This document shows positions 1 through 13,863 of a stretch of DNA of 64,000 bases, piece after piece. Source of the DNA: Fimbriosthenelais zetlandica (Eukaryota); the NCBI GenBank assembly GCA_977030845.1, contig OZ365115.1, forward strand, positions 17,050,001 through 17,114,000, in the 5' to 3' direction. Position 1 is the stretch's first letter. Every line of letters starts with the position of its first letter. Made by a program: the position numbers and the translations under genes. Below the pieces are notes generated by a model. The model made no database searches. It was not told the origin of the DNA and was given only the letters and a program-made list of their open reading frames with translations.

Positions 1-1442
1 TGCTTATCAATGTGCAGAGGGATGCATAATTGTGAAACAGATCGCAGAAACTGCTTATCAGTCACCACACACAAGTCAAAAAAGACATTGCCATGGTCAC
101 ACAAATCCAATTCTGACATCGGTTACCAACCAGCTTACACAAATTTAAACTGATTAGGACCATAGCGGTGTAGAGGGTCGCCGGTGATGTTAAACAACCA
201 TACAATATGATCAATTTTAACATTGATTGACATCGATTTTCCTTCTCAATATAATTTTCAATCAGTTTGAATAGTATAGGCTATGGTACGAATTATCACT
301 GGAAAAATCGGCTTGGTATGAACTGAATCTTTATGCGATGCTGTGAGCGAGTGGGACTTATCAGCTCAGAACCAGTGGTAGAGGCTACACTACAAAGATA
401 AGGACCTTTGTCTGAGATTACAGGACCGGTGCTTACGACTTCTACATGATCTGACTGAATGGGCAACAGCTAGGCTCCTCCCACCAACAAAAACCATGGC
501 ATGGTCACTAAAAGCCAAGACTTGTAAGCTTTCAAGTGAAATAAAGTACACATATCAGTCACAAGGTGACCACTGTCTTGAATTTGAATTTGACCTTCTG
601 TGTATATGTAGAATACAGTTAAGCTACATACTGGAACAGATAGAGGAATCTTGTGAATATTAATATGGTAATATTAATATGTGGAGGATCTTCCCGGTGA
701 AAATTCTATGCTACATTATTGTGATAAAAAGGGATCATCCTTTCCTATTGGTATAGATCTTGTTTTCGTTTGGGTGGATTTCTTTAATAAAATGAAAGAC
801 AAACGGAAAAAAGAATAATTGAACAAGCATGTAATATGCCTTCACATCATAATTAGAGTAACATAATCTAAGATAACAAAAATACTGCATGTAATATTAT
901 GCTTATTCACTGCGTATATTTAATTGCCACAAGCAATTAACAAACAGCCATGAGAGAGATGTGAGGGGGGAAGGGTGCTCTTCCTTCCCTTCCTCTCATT
1001 CCTTCCCCATGTATAGCTCCCCTGTCTGAAGTCTCAGACTGCGCTTTAGAGGACGACACAATGCTGCAGTACAATGAATCTAATATACTCACAAAGCTTC
1101 CCTTCCTTTCACTCCCCCTCAATGACTTTTGACAACATTTTACCCACTTTTTGGGTTCTCTATCACATTGGTTGTCCCTTAGGTTTAGATGGTGTGGGTG
1201 GATGGATAACATTGTGTTATTGGTGGATGGATGGATAGATTCATTGATTTGATGGATGGCATATTGACCAATGGATGGATGAAATAAAAAATGGATGTAT
1301 GCACGGATAGGGGCATGAACAGTTGCATCGATGGAGAGAAGAAACCCCAATAAGTCACATGTCAACATCAGAATACCATGGAATAGCCACATTCATTGTG
1401 ACCCGTGAGCCTACGACCCTTTGTTCGTTGTATAAATATCCT

Positions 1443-1473
<31 letters not shown>

Positions 1474-4400
1474 CAAAAAGGCCACCCAAGGGGGCACCTG
1501 ACAGAAAGACCATGAGCAAGACCAGTCGACCATTGGGCATGGGAACAACAACATATCAAGCCTGGGGTATAAACCCTGTCACCCGGGGTGAACAATACCC
1601 ACACACAGAGGATCAGGGTTAAGGGTCAACCCCCCATACTACATCCACAGTCACCTCTATGGAAAGTGACATGTTTCTTTTGTAGATTTTTGAAGAATAT
1701 GATCCAATGGCAAGACAACTATGTTTGGAACTCGAACGAAATAGCTAGTCATAATGACCCAGATATATACAAGTAAGGCATAAGGATTTATATAGTTTTG
1801 GTGGCGGAAATACAGAAAACATTAAAACCTCAGTGGTTCAAGACCTCTGAGACTTACTTTCTCACACTCGCAAATACTTGAGGTGTCATATATAGATAGT
1901 TACTTTGCTTCTGATTAGGGAACACTTCCATAATGAACACTTATTCTCAGTCTCAGGTATGTAGGCCTATTTTGAGGACATGTACATGTAGGCCTACTTA
2001 AGACACCCTTAAGGAACGATATGTCTTATGAATGTTGCCTTAGCATATATTCTTAAAGACACTATTTTTCATATAAATGATTCAGTACATGACAAGACTT
2101 TTAGTGCAAATAATGACAGAGCAGACAGAACAATGTTCAATTTTTACCCCAAGCAAGAGAGAACCTTCCTGCCTATGAAAAACAAACAGGCTGGAGAGCA
2201 CTGCACACAGAATGGAAGAACAAAACACATATTATTTTTCTAATCTGCATACGGTAACCATGACAACCTACGTCTGTCTGGAGGAGAGGTGAAAGCGCCT
2301 TAGATCACATTTCTATGTTATCTACAAGATGTTCGCAAATTCCAGAAGGCACAGGAAGAATTTTGAAAATTGCCCATACGATGCATATTTGTTTTAATTA
2401 AAAAAATGTTGAGTCATTCATTTATTGTGGATATTAAAAAATGATTGGATGCTTCATAAATTAAATTAGAAAATTACAATTAAAATTACAGTCAATAATG
2501 AGAAAAAAATAATTTCTAAGTCTCTTCGAAGGTAACCAATAAAGGTCAACTTTGAGTTGATTTAAAAAAATATTTTCCGAGAATCCTATTGAAATTAAAT
2601 CAGGTGAAAAGTATTGAATGGAAAAAAAATATAAAATTAAGAAAAAACAAAACAATTTAAACGGACAGTGAAAGAGTCATGCACCAAGGCAGAGGAGTAA
2701 TGGCAGATTTGAATTGCCAGGGAAGAGGCGGGAAATGGCAGGAATAATTGGTTAAATTACACCAGATGTTAAAAATGCTTGGCTCAGCAAAGTGACAAAA
2801 TGATTCTTTTTACTTTTAATTGAAATGCAACTCTGCAGACTCCCCTTTGTTAATTGAAAATACATATCGTGGCATAAACGCCGAAATGTCATTAAGTCTT
2901 TTATTATATACTACTGAACAAACTTGTTCAGAATGTCTTAGTTTTAATTTAGCAATAAAATTACACTTCCTATTTGATGTAAGAGGATTCTTGTTCCATA
3001 AAAATGATGTATAAGGCATTCGTAATAAGGACAAAGCTCTTGGAAATGGACACTTTTTACAGTCAGAATTATTATGTCCATGTCACCCTGCACTGTTAAC
3101 AGCATCGTAATAGACATAACCTAATTCCAAAAAAAAAAGCTTTTTGTAAGTCACTGAGCAAATTTAGTGCACCTTTCGAAAGGCCTGCATGGTCTTTGCC
3201 TTTTCTAGTTCGTGGGGAAGGGCTCGTAAATATTTCATTGGAATTTAACTCAATAATTCTTAAAAAATTATGAACGTTTTTAACCTTTAATTCAAACAAA
3301 TTTTTGAACCAAAGACTTGGGCAAGTTTAGTATGGCAGATTTAGAAGTACATGTAATTCATGGCAGGCCATGTGCTGCAATGTTTGCACAGGAACATGAA
3401 ATCTTTCATTGTGAACATTATGTCGTGAAGAATCTATGTAAACATCCATCCAGACTTTCTCACACTTTTGATCATTTTTTTCAAGGGAGACTCTGGGTGA
3501 AAATCGGCGGTGGAACAACAATAAGCCTAGTGCTCTATAATAGAAAATTTAATATTAAATTTTGGTCTTCTAAACAAGCTATTTGGATGTGTTATTGTTT
3601 GTAAGAATTAAAATAAAATATAGGGCAACAGTTTTGGGAGAGAATATTATTTGGCCCGAGGCAGGGGTGGGGGTGATAAGTGATATATTGGTTTTATGAT
3701 GAGAAATGACCATCTCTCTGCCAATCTCTCTTGTACTGACGAGGCAAGTGGACAGTTTCACCAAGGGAACATACGTTTCGCTAACATGCTTCTCAGATAT
3801 GATCATCTTGTCTCAAACAAAGAAATATCAGACAAGAACACTCTTAGTGAAGCATGTAGCCCGGTGGGACCAAATCTCATTTATTCTATCAGTACAAATC
3901 TTGCAGTTTTCTTGACATCATTCATGGATATATGTCAGTCGAATGTCAATTGTATATAATGGGCAATTGAAGGGCCGATCCGAAGTACATCAATTAAAGG
4001 ACTCGGGCCTGGAGTAGCTCCAAGATTTTCTGTCGCATCTGCCTCAAAAGTAACTGCACCAGCAGGGGCTTGCTATTTGTGAGTGGTACCTATATTGTGC
4101 TGTGTTTGCGACTGGCACTTGATCTAACATTTCCTACAGTATTAATCCTATACATTTACTGCAAACCAGTACATGCCTCTATTAAAAAAATTAAAGCCTA
4201 TTATTCTTTTAAGAATATTTGTTTTTTCAATTTAAACCTCAGAAAACATACTCATCCGCATTCACACTTGCGCAAGAAGAAGCTCGATGCAATTGGACTA
4301 TTTTTAAATATTTGATCTTCCCGTTTTTCCTTCCAAACCAATGAATGCCCTGGGGTCTTGTCTCTCTTTGATTGGCCTCGAGACCTTCTTTCAGGCCTTC

Positions 4401-5675
4401 CTGACTCCCTGCCCTCACACCCTCCCACTTCTCTCTTCCTAGTTCCACAGAGAGAGGAAGGTCAGGATCAAAAAGACCATTTTTTTCATCTGAGTCTTTT
4501 CATCTTCTACTTGTTGAATCAAAGACTATCCAAGGAAAAGTTCATCCAAGTCCAGAACATTTCTAGTGACATTTAATATACCTTATACCAAAGGTGTGTA
4601 GGCCTGCGATATATCCCGGGAGGTTCTCTAGCGTCCTTACAGAATTTCATCAAAGCCATACATGTCCTTTCCAGACAGACTTATGTCCTTGACGTTCCCC
4701 GGTTGCAAGGTCAGGGCCATATCCGATATAATTGGACCAAAGACCTTATAGGAAGGACTCGAACACATTATCTCGAAAGGGATCCCCCAAGATTTTCGTT
4801 AAAATTTCCCTGTTTAAATCCCATGGACCTTTCAAAATCCCAATTATAAGGTCAATGTAAGAGTCCTAAAAAATCAGGGGAGAGGGTTTCAAAATTGGGC
4901 CTACATCGGAGAGATATACAAGCTCTATATAACATTATGCCTTAATAATACAGTTACTGTTAGATCTACACCTGCATGTAAGCTGTTCCAGCACGACCTT
5001 GTTTTCACTGAAGTGAATAATATTATAATCACCCGGAATATCAAAGCCCCAGACCAGACATTTAAAAAAAGCTGTCACTACTAGGAACAGGGTGAAGGAG
5101 AAGATATGGAGGCTCATGTACAGACGTGACTCTCAATCCAATACTAATCAAACAACTGTTTGGCTCAAGGCTGTAAACATAGGAGCAGGACATATGGTGG
5201 AATATCCAAGGAAGAGGAAAAAGTGCGATGCCTGAACTCTGCATATATATAAATTCAAGACTGTAATACAGTTGTACTTTCATACATTCCTGTTTTAAGA
5301 CATTGAGTTGAATGTGACAAAAACTTCAGAATGAAATTTAGCCGAAGTTTACCTGTATCAGAAAGTGAATCTGTATGCTACTGGAAACTGCTACAAGAAC
5401 AAATTAAAAAGGATGTCCGTATACATGTTTGTAATTCTTCAAAGAAGATGCTGTAATCACTACCAAAACCTTAGGTGTCAATGACCCAGAAAAAGTATTG
5501 ATCGTGAGTTGGATCAGTGAAAATGACAGGGTAGAAGATGAATGACTTATAGAAGGAGTTCTGAGAGAGAACAACCATGCACCGTGTCTAAGTCTGGCCC
5601 TAACAGAATCTCTGTCTTCAGTCTGACATTCTCGTTTATTACTCTCGCTGTAAGGGGGGCACCCCGGGGGACACC

Positions 5676-5740
5676 GTGACGTCACTCGTCACGTGATGAC
5701 GTACCACGTGATATGACGAATGAGCTCACGTGACAGGTCA
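5676..5740. promoter_or_regulatory. Dense CRE / E-box / nuclear-receptor half-site cluster (candidate enhancer)
   Basis: TGACGTCA 5677-5684, GTCACGTGA 5688-5696, CACGTG 5705-5710, TCACGTGAC 5726-5734, AGGTCA 5735-5740, plus TGACG half-sites, within 65 bp. Confidence 0.5.
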
Positions 5741-6152
5741 AATCAGTAGCAATGGCGACTGGGAAATGAGTCTGGGAGATGGTAGAAAGGCGCCTGTAAG
5801 CGAGCTAGAAAGGAGACAGATGAAACGACAAAGGTAAAGAGATAACCACTCTCCGGAGCATATATGTATGCTGCTTAGGCACACAACACAATTAGAAATG
5901 GGAGAGGATGGCGAGGGAAGATAGTGAAGAAACCATTTAGTCCCGCGGAGATGAGAAGGGGTGAGACTAAATCACGAGCAAGTGCCACTTCAGACTTCCA
6001 TTTGCATTCGGAGACGCTTCCAACCTTGATTACCGCAATCTCCCACACCATCTCTCACTCTCCTACTTTATTCATTATTTACCCCGTCACCAATCTTGAT
6101 CAAATAAGCAAAAAAAAAAAAAAAAAAGTAGAAGAACAGGTCCCTTTATTAC

Positions 6153-6886
6153 CTGTGACTACGGAGTGAGTGGTTTCGACTTTGGCATGGGGATGAGTTG
6201 GCCAGTCGTGAGCTGCGTTTCTGTTGCATATCGACGTAGCCATCTTGTTTCCAGGGACTATCTAGCTGCTTCCAGGCTTTGTCTCTGTTTGGATGTTTCT
6301 CTGGCGTGTCTTTTCTCTTCACACAACACTCCCCCATACTGTCCCAGAACCCCCCACCACCACCACCGAACCCCGACTTTTTAGACGAGGAGGAGGAGAG
6401 TGATGGGGATCTATCTGTCTGACACTCAGCTTTTATATAATAATCTGTCACGTTAAAAGGACATTTAGGTTCTGTGCCGGTTCGAGGTTTAGCACCACTC
6501 TTGCCCAGTAGGGGCACTGTCACTTGGCTGGGACCCACTTTGTGAGTGCCGTGTTTTCTGTGGGAGGGCAGTATTTCCGGACCAGTGTACTCCAGATAGC
6601 CCGAGTCCGAGTTCCCATTATCGAGCAACTCACAACTCCTCAAGCCGTAGTTCTTGCTCTTCACCGGAGCGTAATTCCAACGGCTTGATTTCGTCGTTTT
6701 CGATCCCGGGCTCCAAGTGTCAGCAGGGAACTGCCCAGAACCGATGTTCCAGAGAGCATTGTCGGGCGAACCTTGTGGGAATCGGGAATCGAGATGGCAC
6801 ACATCGAACTCATCATTATCGTAGATGGTCGCCCGCTTGTTCATGTTGACGTTCTGATCCCTTTTAGAATACATGGTGGTGTTCAT
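6153..6886 (-). CDS. Probable first coding exon (244 codons + 2 nt) of a minus-strand transcript; low-complexity, no recognisable domain
   Basis: 245-aa ORF whose end coincides with donor CACAG|GTAATA (phase 2). Upstream acceptor TTGTTTTAAG| at 6901-6900 with in-frame TAA just before the ATG. Possible UTR donor GGCAG|GTAATA at 7060. Confidence 0.6.
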
Positions 6887-9800
6887 CGTTGTTTATCGAC
6901 TTAAAACAAGTAGGGATGAAAAAGGCACACACAGCACATCAACTCATATCCCTCATAATATGATATTCAAGTCAAAAAGCCAGACCGGAGCGGTGAGGCT
7001 GGCACATCCATTGATAACATTATTAAGTTGGAGCAGTCAGTAGGGGGCAGGTTTTATTACCTGCCGGTGCAGAGAGGAAAAACTTCCTTATACGGTATTA
7101 ATTTAATCCCTGGTTGTTATGGTGATTAAAGGAGGCCAATAGGAGCCTCTTTAAGAGGAACCGCTGACTGTGGAGCTTTCAATTGTATTGGGGAGATAAA
7201 GGGGTGACATGTCGATCCAGTGTCACATATAAATACATCAAAGGCATTGATTTTTAGTGGCCATGAAATATATTATATATATATACAGCACTGCTGTACT
7301 TTGAATTGACGATCAAGACACTTCGATAAATTTCCTTCACCAATTGGGTTTAAATCACAGTGCATGGTTATTTCACATTTTGATTGCCGTATTCCACATG
7401 TTTATTAGGCTACCCTGCAAATATCTGATATCCAACTTTCAGAATCAAGGCAAAATCACAAAATACAAGATCCATGAAAACTCGCCAAGCACAAAGTGAT
7501 TAATATTGATTATTAAAGAATGAATATTTACCAATGTGAATTCAAATGAAAATCCACATGAGTTTCACACAAATTCCAGCAACCTTCAGAAAAAAACGTT
7601 TGAATAATCACAAGAGAAATTCAGTGCATTTCACCACGTAAATATCCCAGTGCAATGTTGGTAGTAAAAAAAGGCTCCCTCCAGTATTGGTAAGGATGAA
7701 TGGATGAAGAGAGAGAAAGCTATTTAAATCCAGTAATCCTTCTCCCAAGGCTTGGATTAAGGAGACTCACTGCCTTGTGTGGGGACGAAGGATTGAAGAT
7801 TAACATCCAAATGAACACATCCAATATTGCAACATCTAAATCCACGATTAATATAGCAGAAAATCCTCCTGTAACACACCTGAACTTTTCTATACTAAAC
7901 CGACCCAGCCAACACTTGTGTTGATTTCACCTGAATGAGTGAAATGGGTCAAAAATACCACACATTTTTTCTCAGTTCCTGACTATTAACTTAGTTTAAG
8001 CTAACAGACTTTTTTCCCTCTGCTCTCTCAGCCGTTGTGTAGGTTTATTGTGGAAATGTTCACGCTCGAGTTCAACTGGCAAGATCTAAACAAGCAGACG
8101 ACTGTCTGTCATAACTGTTTACCGAATGTCGTCTGACTTTTCCCGCCAAATCCTTCCATCCAATTTTCCAGTTGACTTCCAGTTATCCCACTCGAGTAAT
8201 TGCGTGCCTGTAAATGGCATTTACTGGAATCGCGTGGAGAACTGTCACCGTTTTCTATGACCTTTAAAAGTCCGTGTTGGTATTGAAAGGTTTGAATAGG
8301 GGCATGTAGGTATAGGTAGCGGTAGGGTTAAGCGAAATCAGGTGCAAATTGTCCAAGCCACTTAAGAAAGTGGCAACGTGATATATGGTCAAGTTCCTGG
8401 GGCTTAAGGGGGCGGGACTGTTAGTAATTCTTTATCAGTGACACCCCAAGGAAGTGATTTTTTAAAGGCTGTTTTTCACTAAAAATCCACTCTAGTGCAT
8501 GTCCCCAGAGGGTCTTTCATTGAGCATACAAATCTGACATCAGACTTTTCAAATCCAAAATGGGTACGTCAAGAATGAAATCTTATTCCATTCCTTGTCA
8601 AAATAGTCGCCGTGAGAAATATGGTGGAGATACAACCCTCACTATATGTCTATAGGTATGATTGCACTGGGCTGCATGAAAGAAAGTGAAGTTAATGCAA
8701 TTATTCCACAATATTGATTTCCATTTATGTATTTCTTCACTCTACCGTGTAGGAGGGTGTATGGTTGGGTAGATCAATGTGGTAGGGACCTTAACAGGAC
8801 AATACTGGAACGTGGTGGTGCCTATACATAGGCTACCCCCTAGTACACAACCCCTCGATCCTGACTCCCTCCCAACCCTCCAAATCCCTTGCCTTTGGCT
8901 GGAAGATCGATATGTAACGTTGAAGACAGGATGGCTTGAAAACAGTACAAGTCCCCGTGGATATTACATATTTTGTAGCAGTAAGAAAATAAGCCTTCAC
9001 GAGATTTCTGCATCCAAATGGAGAACAAATTTTAGATGACCGTTGCCGGGTACCTTTGGGAGTAACAGAATAAATGACCTTCCTTAAGAATATTCCATTT
9101 GGTGGCAAAGCACATTTAAAAGGCTATATAGAAAAATATGTGTATAATGAATACTTCAGGGACTTGGGAAAGCACATTCAGTGAAAAAGCTTCAGCTAAT
9201 CAGAGGAAGCTATATAGAACACCTCAACAGCTAGCTTGTGACTGTAAGATTGTGTTCACTATGTGTATCCAGAGGTGTTCACTATTTTCACTGCACATTC
9301 AAATAGTTTCACAGAAAAATATGTGATCCCGGATAAAGATCCAAATCCATTAAAGGTCCTAACATAGCCAGAAGCGAGTATCTCCACAAACGACCACCTG
9401 CAGACTATCACAAGACTGTCCGAAATCCAAGATTCTGCCCTGAAGGGAACCCCGTATGTTTAGCATGTGGATTTCTGGTCATCCAATACTTGCTACATTC
9501 ATGAAGACCAAGCCTCTGAGCTATATTTTCTACTCCTCTTTCCCGTTATCCAGAGAAGGCTCCCTTTTATGTCTCAATCTCAAGTCTCGCGAGGAGCGAG
9601 ATTTGGGTATACGGCGGACGGTATAGGACGAGGAGCATCTTCCCTGATATGGTTGCTATGGCAATCCAAGTCAGCTGACTAAGAGGAGGAGGTCTCAGAT
9701 TGAAGAGACAGCTTCCTTAAAGCTTACCCTCGCTCAGGCAAACAAAGAATGGGTATGAATGGGTGAATCACATGCTCTGCTGACATGATCATGTTATATA

Positions 9801-12299
9801 GCTTGGCCCGGCCTGGCCAAGCATGTCACAGACTGAGGGAGTGAGACGCGGAGGAGAGACAGTGGCAAGCTAAATGTCTGGTACCACTACCAGTCACTAG
9901 AGCTCGCTACAAGCACCTCTCCCTCTCTCTGGCCAGCCTGCCTTTGGGATCTCAGGGTGCGTTCAAGAATTCATAAATATGCTCCGATATCAATTATGAT
10001 CCAGAATGGAGCAAGAACAGAATGATTCATTGGTGATACTGCTTGAGGGGGTACAGTAGCTAGGCGATATTTCAGAAAGATTGGGTGAAAGTCTGATAAT
10101 CAATGTCTCTGTGCATGGGAGAAAATTGGAAACGGTATCGACTCATGGTTCAGTTGGCCTTGGAGTTAGTGAATTTGAACAGTATCGTTCATGATTTTCA
10201 AAATATACTATGACTACATTTTCACTGAAATACTGAAAAAGAATGATCCTTCTAATGTACTAGAAATGAGCAAGTGGGTTTAGAAAAAATTGGCCCAAGT
10301 ATATTATATATCTGTTGTGATACACAAAACTTCTTATATTTGATGTGATACACAAAGCTTCTGATAAGGATCGGGAGTTATAGACCGGATCAGGAGTTAT
10401 AGATGACCAGAGCAAGGGGCCAGAGTTGGTCCATAACTTTTTACACATTTGTCTCTGTGACCAGGAGTGTACAAATTGATCAACCAATATGAAGCGAGGT
10501 CAATCTCATGCCATGGTTTCCAGGCTGCTAGTGCTGCCCAACATTCACTTTCAGAAAGACAATAAGAGATTTTTATTTCCTCTAGTTCCAGAACGTAAAC
10601 AAGAGTACCACTAAATATAGCATAGTCTGCGTCTGGATCAGCATCCAAGATGGCGGATTTATCTCCCAGCAGCTTCTGTCCTCCACTTCCGCTTAATTCC
10701 TTTTGCGGTATGCGTGCGTCGATAACAAGTACATGTATACGCCCCCCCCCCAATACTGTCATAAAATGGCGCTATCCATTCTATCTTCCCATCTCCCATC
10801 TCCTAGTTCTGGTCTAATCTTCACTTGTTTTTGTTTTATAATCCCATGTTAAATAGGGGATTCATGAACTGATATGAATTAATAATACCTTGTGTCGAGT
10901 CTTGACAGAGTATAGGACAAGATTGCTTGGGACATCTTCAAACTCCAGTCTCTCAATATCGAGAAAATTTAAATTAGGATTATTTCTGAAGGCATAGTAC
11001 CCTGTACCTGTAGCCCAAATAGGCTAATGGGTTGGAGGGTAATCTATTTCTGAGATCTGTTGGATATTTATTTTGCTGATCGAGCTTCAGCTTGGTCAGA
11101 TTCCAGGGGGAGACAGGAGATGTGTCCCATGCCCAACTCAGATTCCCAACTCAGATTTGAAGTTCGGTTTGTAAACTATAGATGAAATAGGTTCTTAGAA
11201 AATATCAATTGCTTCAGAAGTCAACAATCCGTAGCAATTAGGTTAATATTTAAAACAAAACAACAAATGCTTGTTGATGTTTTTCTGTGCAATATTTGTG
11301 TGGGGCTAATGTCCCTGGACAGAAGGGGTCTATTTGTATTCACTTGGGTAGGTTTCATCTAATGGATATCAGAGTTATCACTAGAAGTAGGAGACAGGGA
11401 ATTGACAAGTGCTTTGGTCCGCACAATAGCAACTGACTATTCCATTTTGTAGGGAGTACAGTTTACTCTCCACTATTAGTATACTTATTTGGAGGTTTCC
11501 ATTGGTTATTGCTTGTAGTTATTAAGCATTATGACCATAATTCACTGAAATGAAATATGACGTACGCGTACTAAAATGGACAGATCCATGAACTTTAAAT
11601 TACCGGCAAGGGTTTCACTCATCAAGGCTCAATCCACTAAATAACCACTTCCCTAAAGCGACCATAGTGACACAGATTGGAAAGTAGCAACACTATTATA
11701 CATGTATGTGACAACTATAAGATGGGATCCCTAATGTGACCATACCCATGCATAATCCGACAAATTTTGCTCAGAATGAAGGCTGGTCGCATTTGAGGTG
11801 GCGGCACATGGACTGTCAGGCCCAACGAATCCGTTAGAATAGGACTTTTTTCTTTTTTGTTTTACCTCCAATGGAATTAAAGTTTGACCCTGGAAAAATC
11901 TTGTTTTCAAAATTAGCGGCCAAAATTAGTATTTTTCAATCAATTCAACACCCCGGGATTTGGATTTTACAAAGAGTTCATAGTCCTAATAACTCCTTGG
12001 TTATAAGTGGTATATAGTATCAGCCAGGGAGCTGATATGCGGTCGTGTCTGGCTTGTGAAGTGTTGAGGAGCTGAGATTGGAGCGAATAGACGAACACAC
12101 CAGAGCTTGGTTATTAGTGGGAGTAGCAGGAGACAGAGGACGGGTCGATAGCTTCTTCCTCCAGCCTCCCAAATAGACAGCGATTGCAGCGCTCTCTATA
12201 GGCCAGAGGAGGAATCACAATGGTGCCATAACAAGTGTGCTGAGGTTTGCTAACTTTACAATAAATACCCTCATCAGCTAGACGTGGCTTCTGACCCTC

Positions 12300-13345
12300 A
12301 ACATTATGGATTTAAACTTGCTCAAGCCTCACGAGCTATTAAAATGTTGGTGACGTTGGAAAATTTACGGAGTATCATTACGAAAGTACTTGTCCCTTTT
12401 ATTTATCCCTGAGGATTTAAAGGGAAATGTGGTCAACCTTCATAAAATGTGAAGCAACTATGATATACTATAGGTAGCCAAATATCGAAATCAATACTAT
12501 ACGAATTTAGATTATATAAACCATCAACAAATAATTTTAAAATTAAAGATAGTGAAAAGAGAAACAGAAATCAATAATTATTAGGCTAAATTGTAATTGA
12601 AAGGGAAATTAAATTAAACGAACTAGAGATCATCAATGAATTATAGACTGATGAAATCCCTTATTACCGCTCAGACGAATTGATAACTCCACTTCAGGCA
12701 CTACTTAATGAGACAAGAATAACAGCTACTATTAAACAAACGCCAGCCCGCCTTAAGGGACCTCGATCAGTACAGTCGGAAGTGGAAATAGCAGAAGGTT
12801 TCATAAGGCTATATACCATGTAGTGAAGTGGTGGGCGACCGGCCTAATAAGTGGTATTAAACCATGTGAGTCAAGGGGGATCTATAGGGACCATGATTGT
12901 ATAAACCTTATTCACTGCAGGGCAGGTGAAAATTGAATAATTAATAATCCAGCCTATATATTAATCTTACTTAATACCTTAATCAATAATAAATTAATAT
13001 TATCGCAAAGCCATACAATTTAATATCTACGAATTTACTATGGCAGGCGAGGCTTGAATGTCCCAGAAATCATAAAACAAGTTCCTGAAAACAATTCAGG
13101 AAAGACGCAATTTTCAAAGGTCGAAATTTATATTGTATAGAAAGTTAATACCGTTTAAGTCCTTTTAAAAGGAAAACTCCATATTCAGGAGCGTGTTTTG
13201 AGAAGTTGCAAGCACTCAGTCATTTATTAACAATGGGGATTCACAAATCACAAAGCAAAATCAAAAGTAAAAGACTGTGAAGGGGTTGATGAGAGAGACT
13301 GAGTGACGGAGATGGAAGTGGTGGGAATCCTGGGCGACTCTCATT
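12300..13345 (+). mobile_element. Degenerate remnant, possibly CR1/L2-type LINE ORF1 (coiled coil + SGNH esterase start)
   Basis: Stop-interrupted coiled-coil-like frame (IEREIKLNELEIINEL*...) and MEVVGILGDSH at 13312-13344, resembling the GDS motif of esterase-bearing LINE ORF1. Heavily decayed. Confidence 0.3.
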
Positions 13346-13622
13346 GTCTCTGCCTATATTACTCCAGTGGGCGGAGCTAACAGGTTCAGTGTGGGGTGAG
13401 ATTACTCGTCAATCTTAATCTGAGAGTGTTTAAGGAAGCAGACATTGGGAGAGGAATCAATCCTAAAATAGCAAGCCTGTAGGTTCAAAAGATAGGGTGA
13501 CGAGAGGATGATTCTACTGGAAAAACGGATCATATCTACAATGTTTTGCATTACATTAGGTCCGTTCTATGAATATTAGGTGTTGAATTCTACTGGCAGA
13601 TGGTTTGGAAAAAACAGAGCAT

Positions 13623-13695
13623 AGGTTCTGCCGGGTTTCGAACCCAGGACCTTTCGCGTGTTAGGCGAACGTGATAACCACTACACTACAGAACC
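13623..13695 (-). tRNA. tRNA-Val(AAC)
   Basis: Minus strand GGTTCTGTAGTGTAGTGGTTATCACGTTCGC-CTAACAC-GCGAAAGGTCCTGGGTTCGAAACCCGGCAGAACC. Full cloverleaf, 7-bp acceptor stem, A and B boxes, oligo-T run ~10 nt downstream. Confidence 0.93.
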
Positions 13696-13790
13696 CTGTG
13701 GTGGGAGAGATTTTCATTACATTGGGTCGGTTCTATGAGTATAAGTTGTGGATTTCTAGTGGCAGGTGGTTGGGAAAAAATGCACAGCAC

Positions 13791-13863
13791 AGGTTCTGCC
13801 GGGTTTCGAACCCAGGACCTTTCGCGTGTGAAGCGAACGTGATAACCACTACACTACAGAACC
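13791..13863 (-). tRNA. tRNA-Val(CAC)
   Basis: Identical to the neighbouring tRNA except the anticodon loop TTCACAC. Downstream T6 terminator (plus strand A run 13775-13780). Confidence 0.93.

Noticed and set aside
3706-3915. Plus-strand ORF with LTCFSDMIILSQTKK, faintly like a RhoGEF PH strand
   Set aside because: No convincing splice sites or partner exons; similarity too short.
9440-9720. Minus-strand LVLYRPP (APE-like) and a possible terminal exon SADLDCH...RET*
   Set aside because: Frames close quickly, no other APE motifs nearby, no compatible upstream donor established.
10397-10762. 121-aa minus-strand ORF
   Set aside because: GTG start, no recognisable domain or flanking splice pair; contains ETS/YY1-like motifs more suggestive of a regulatory or TE 5' sequence.
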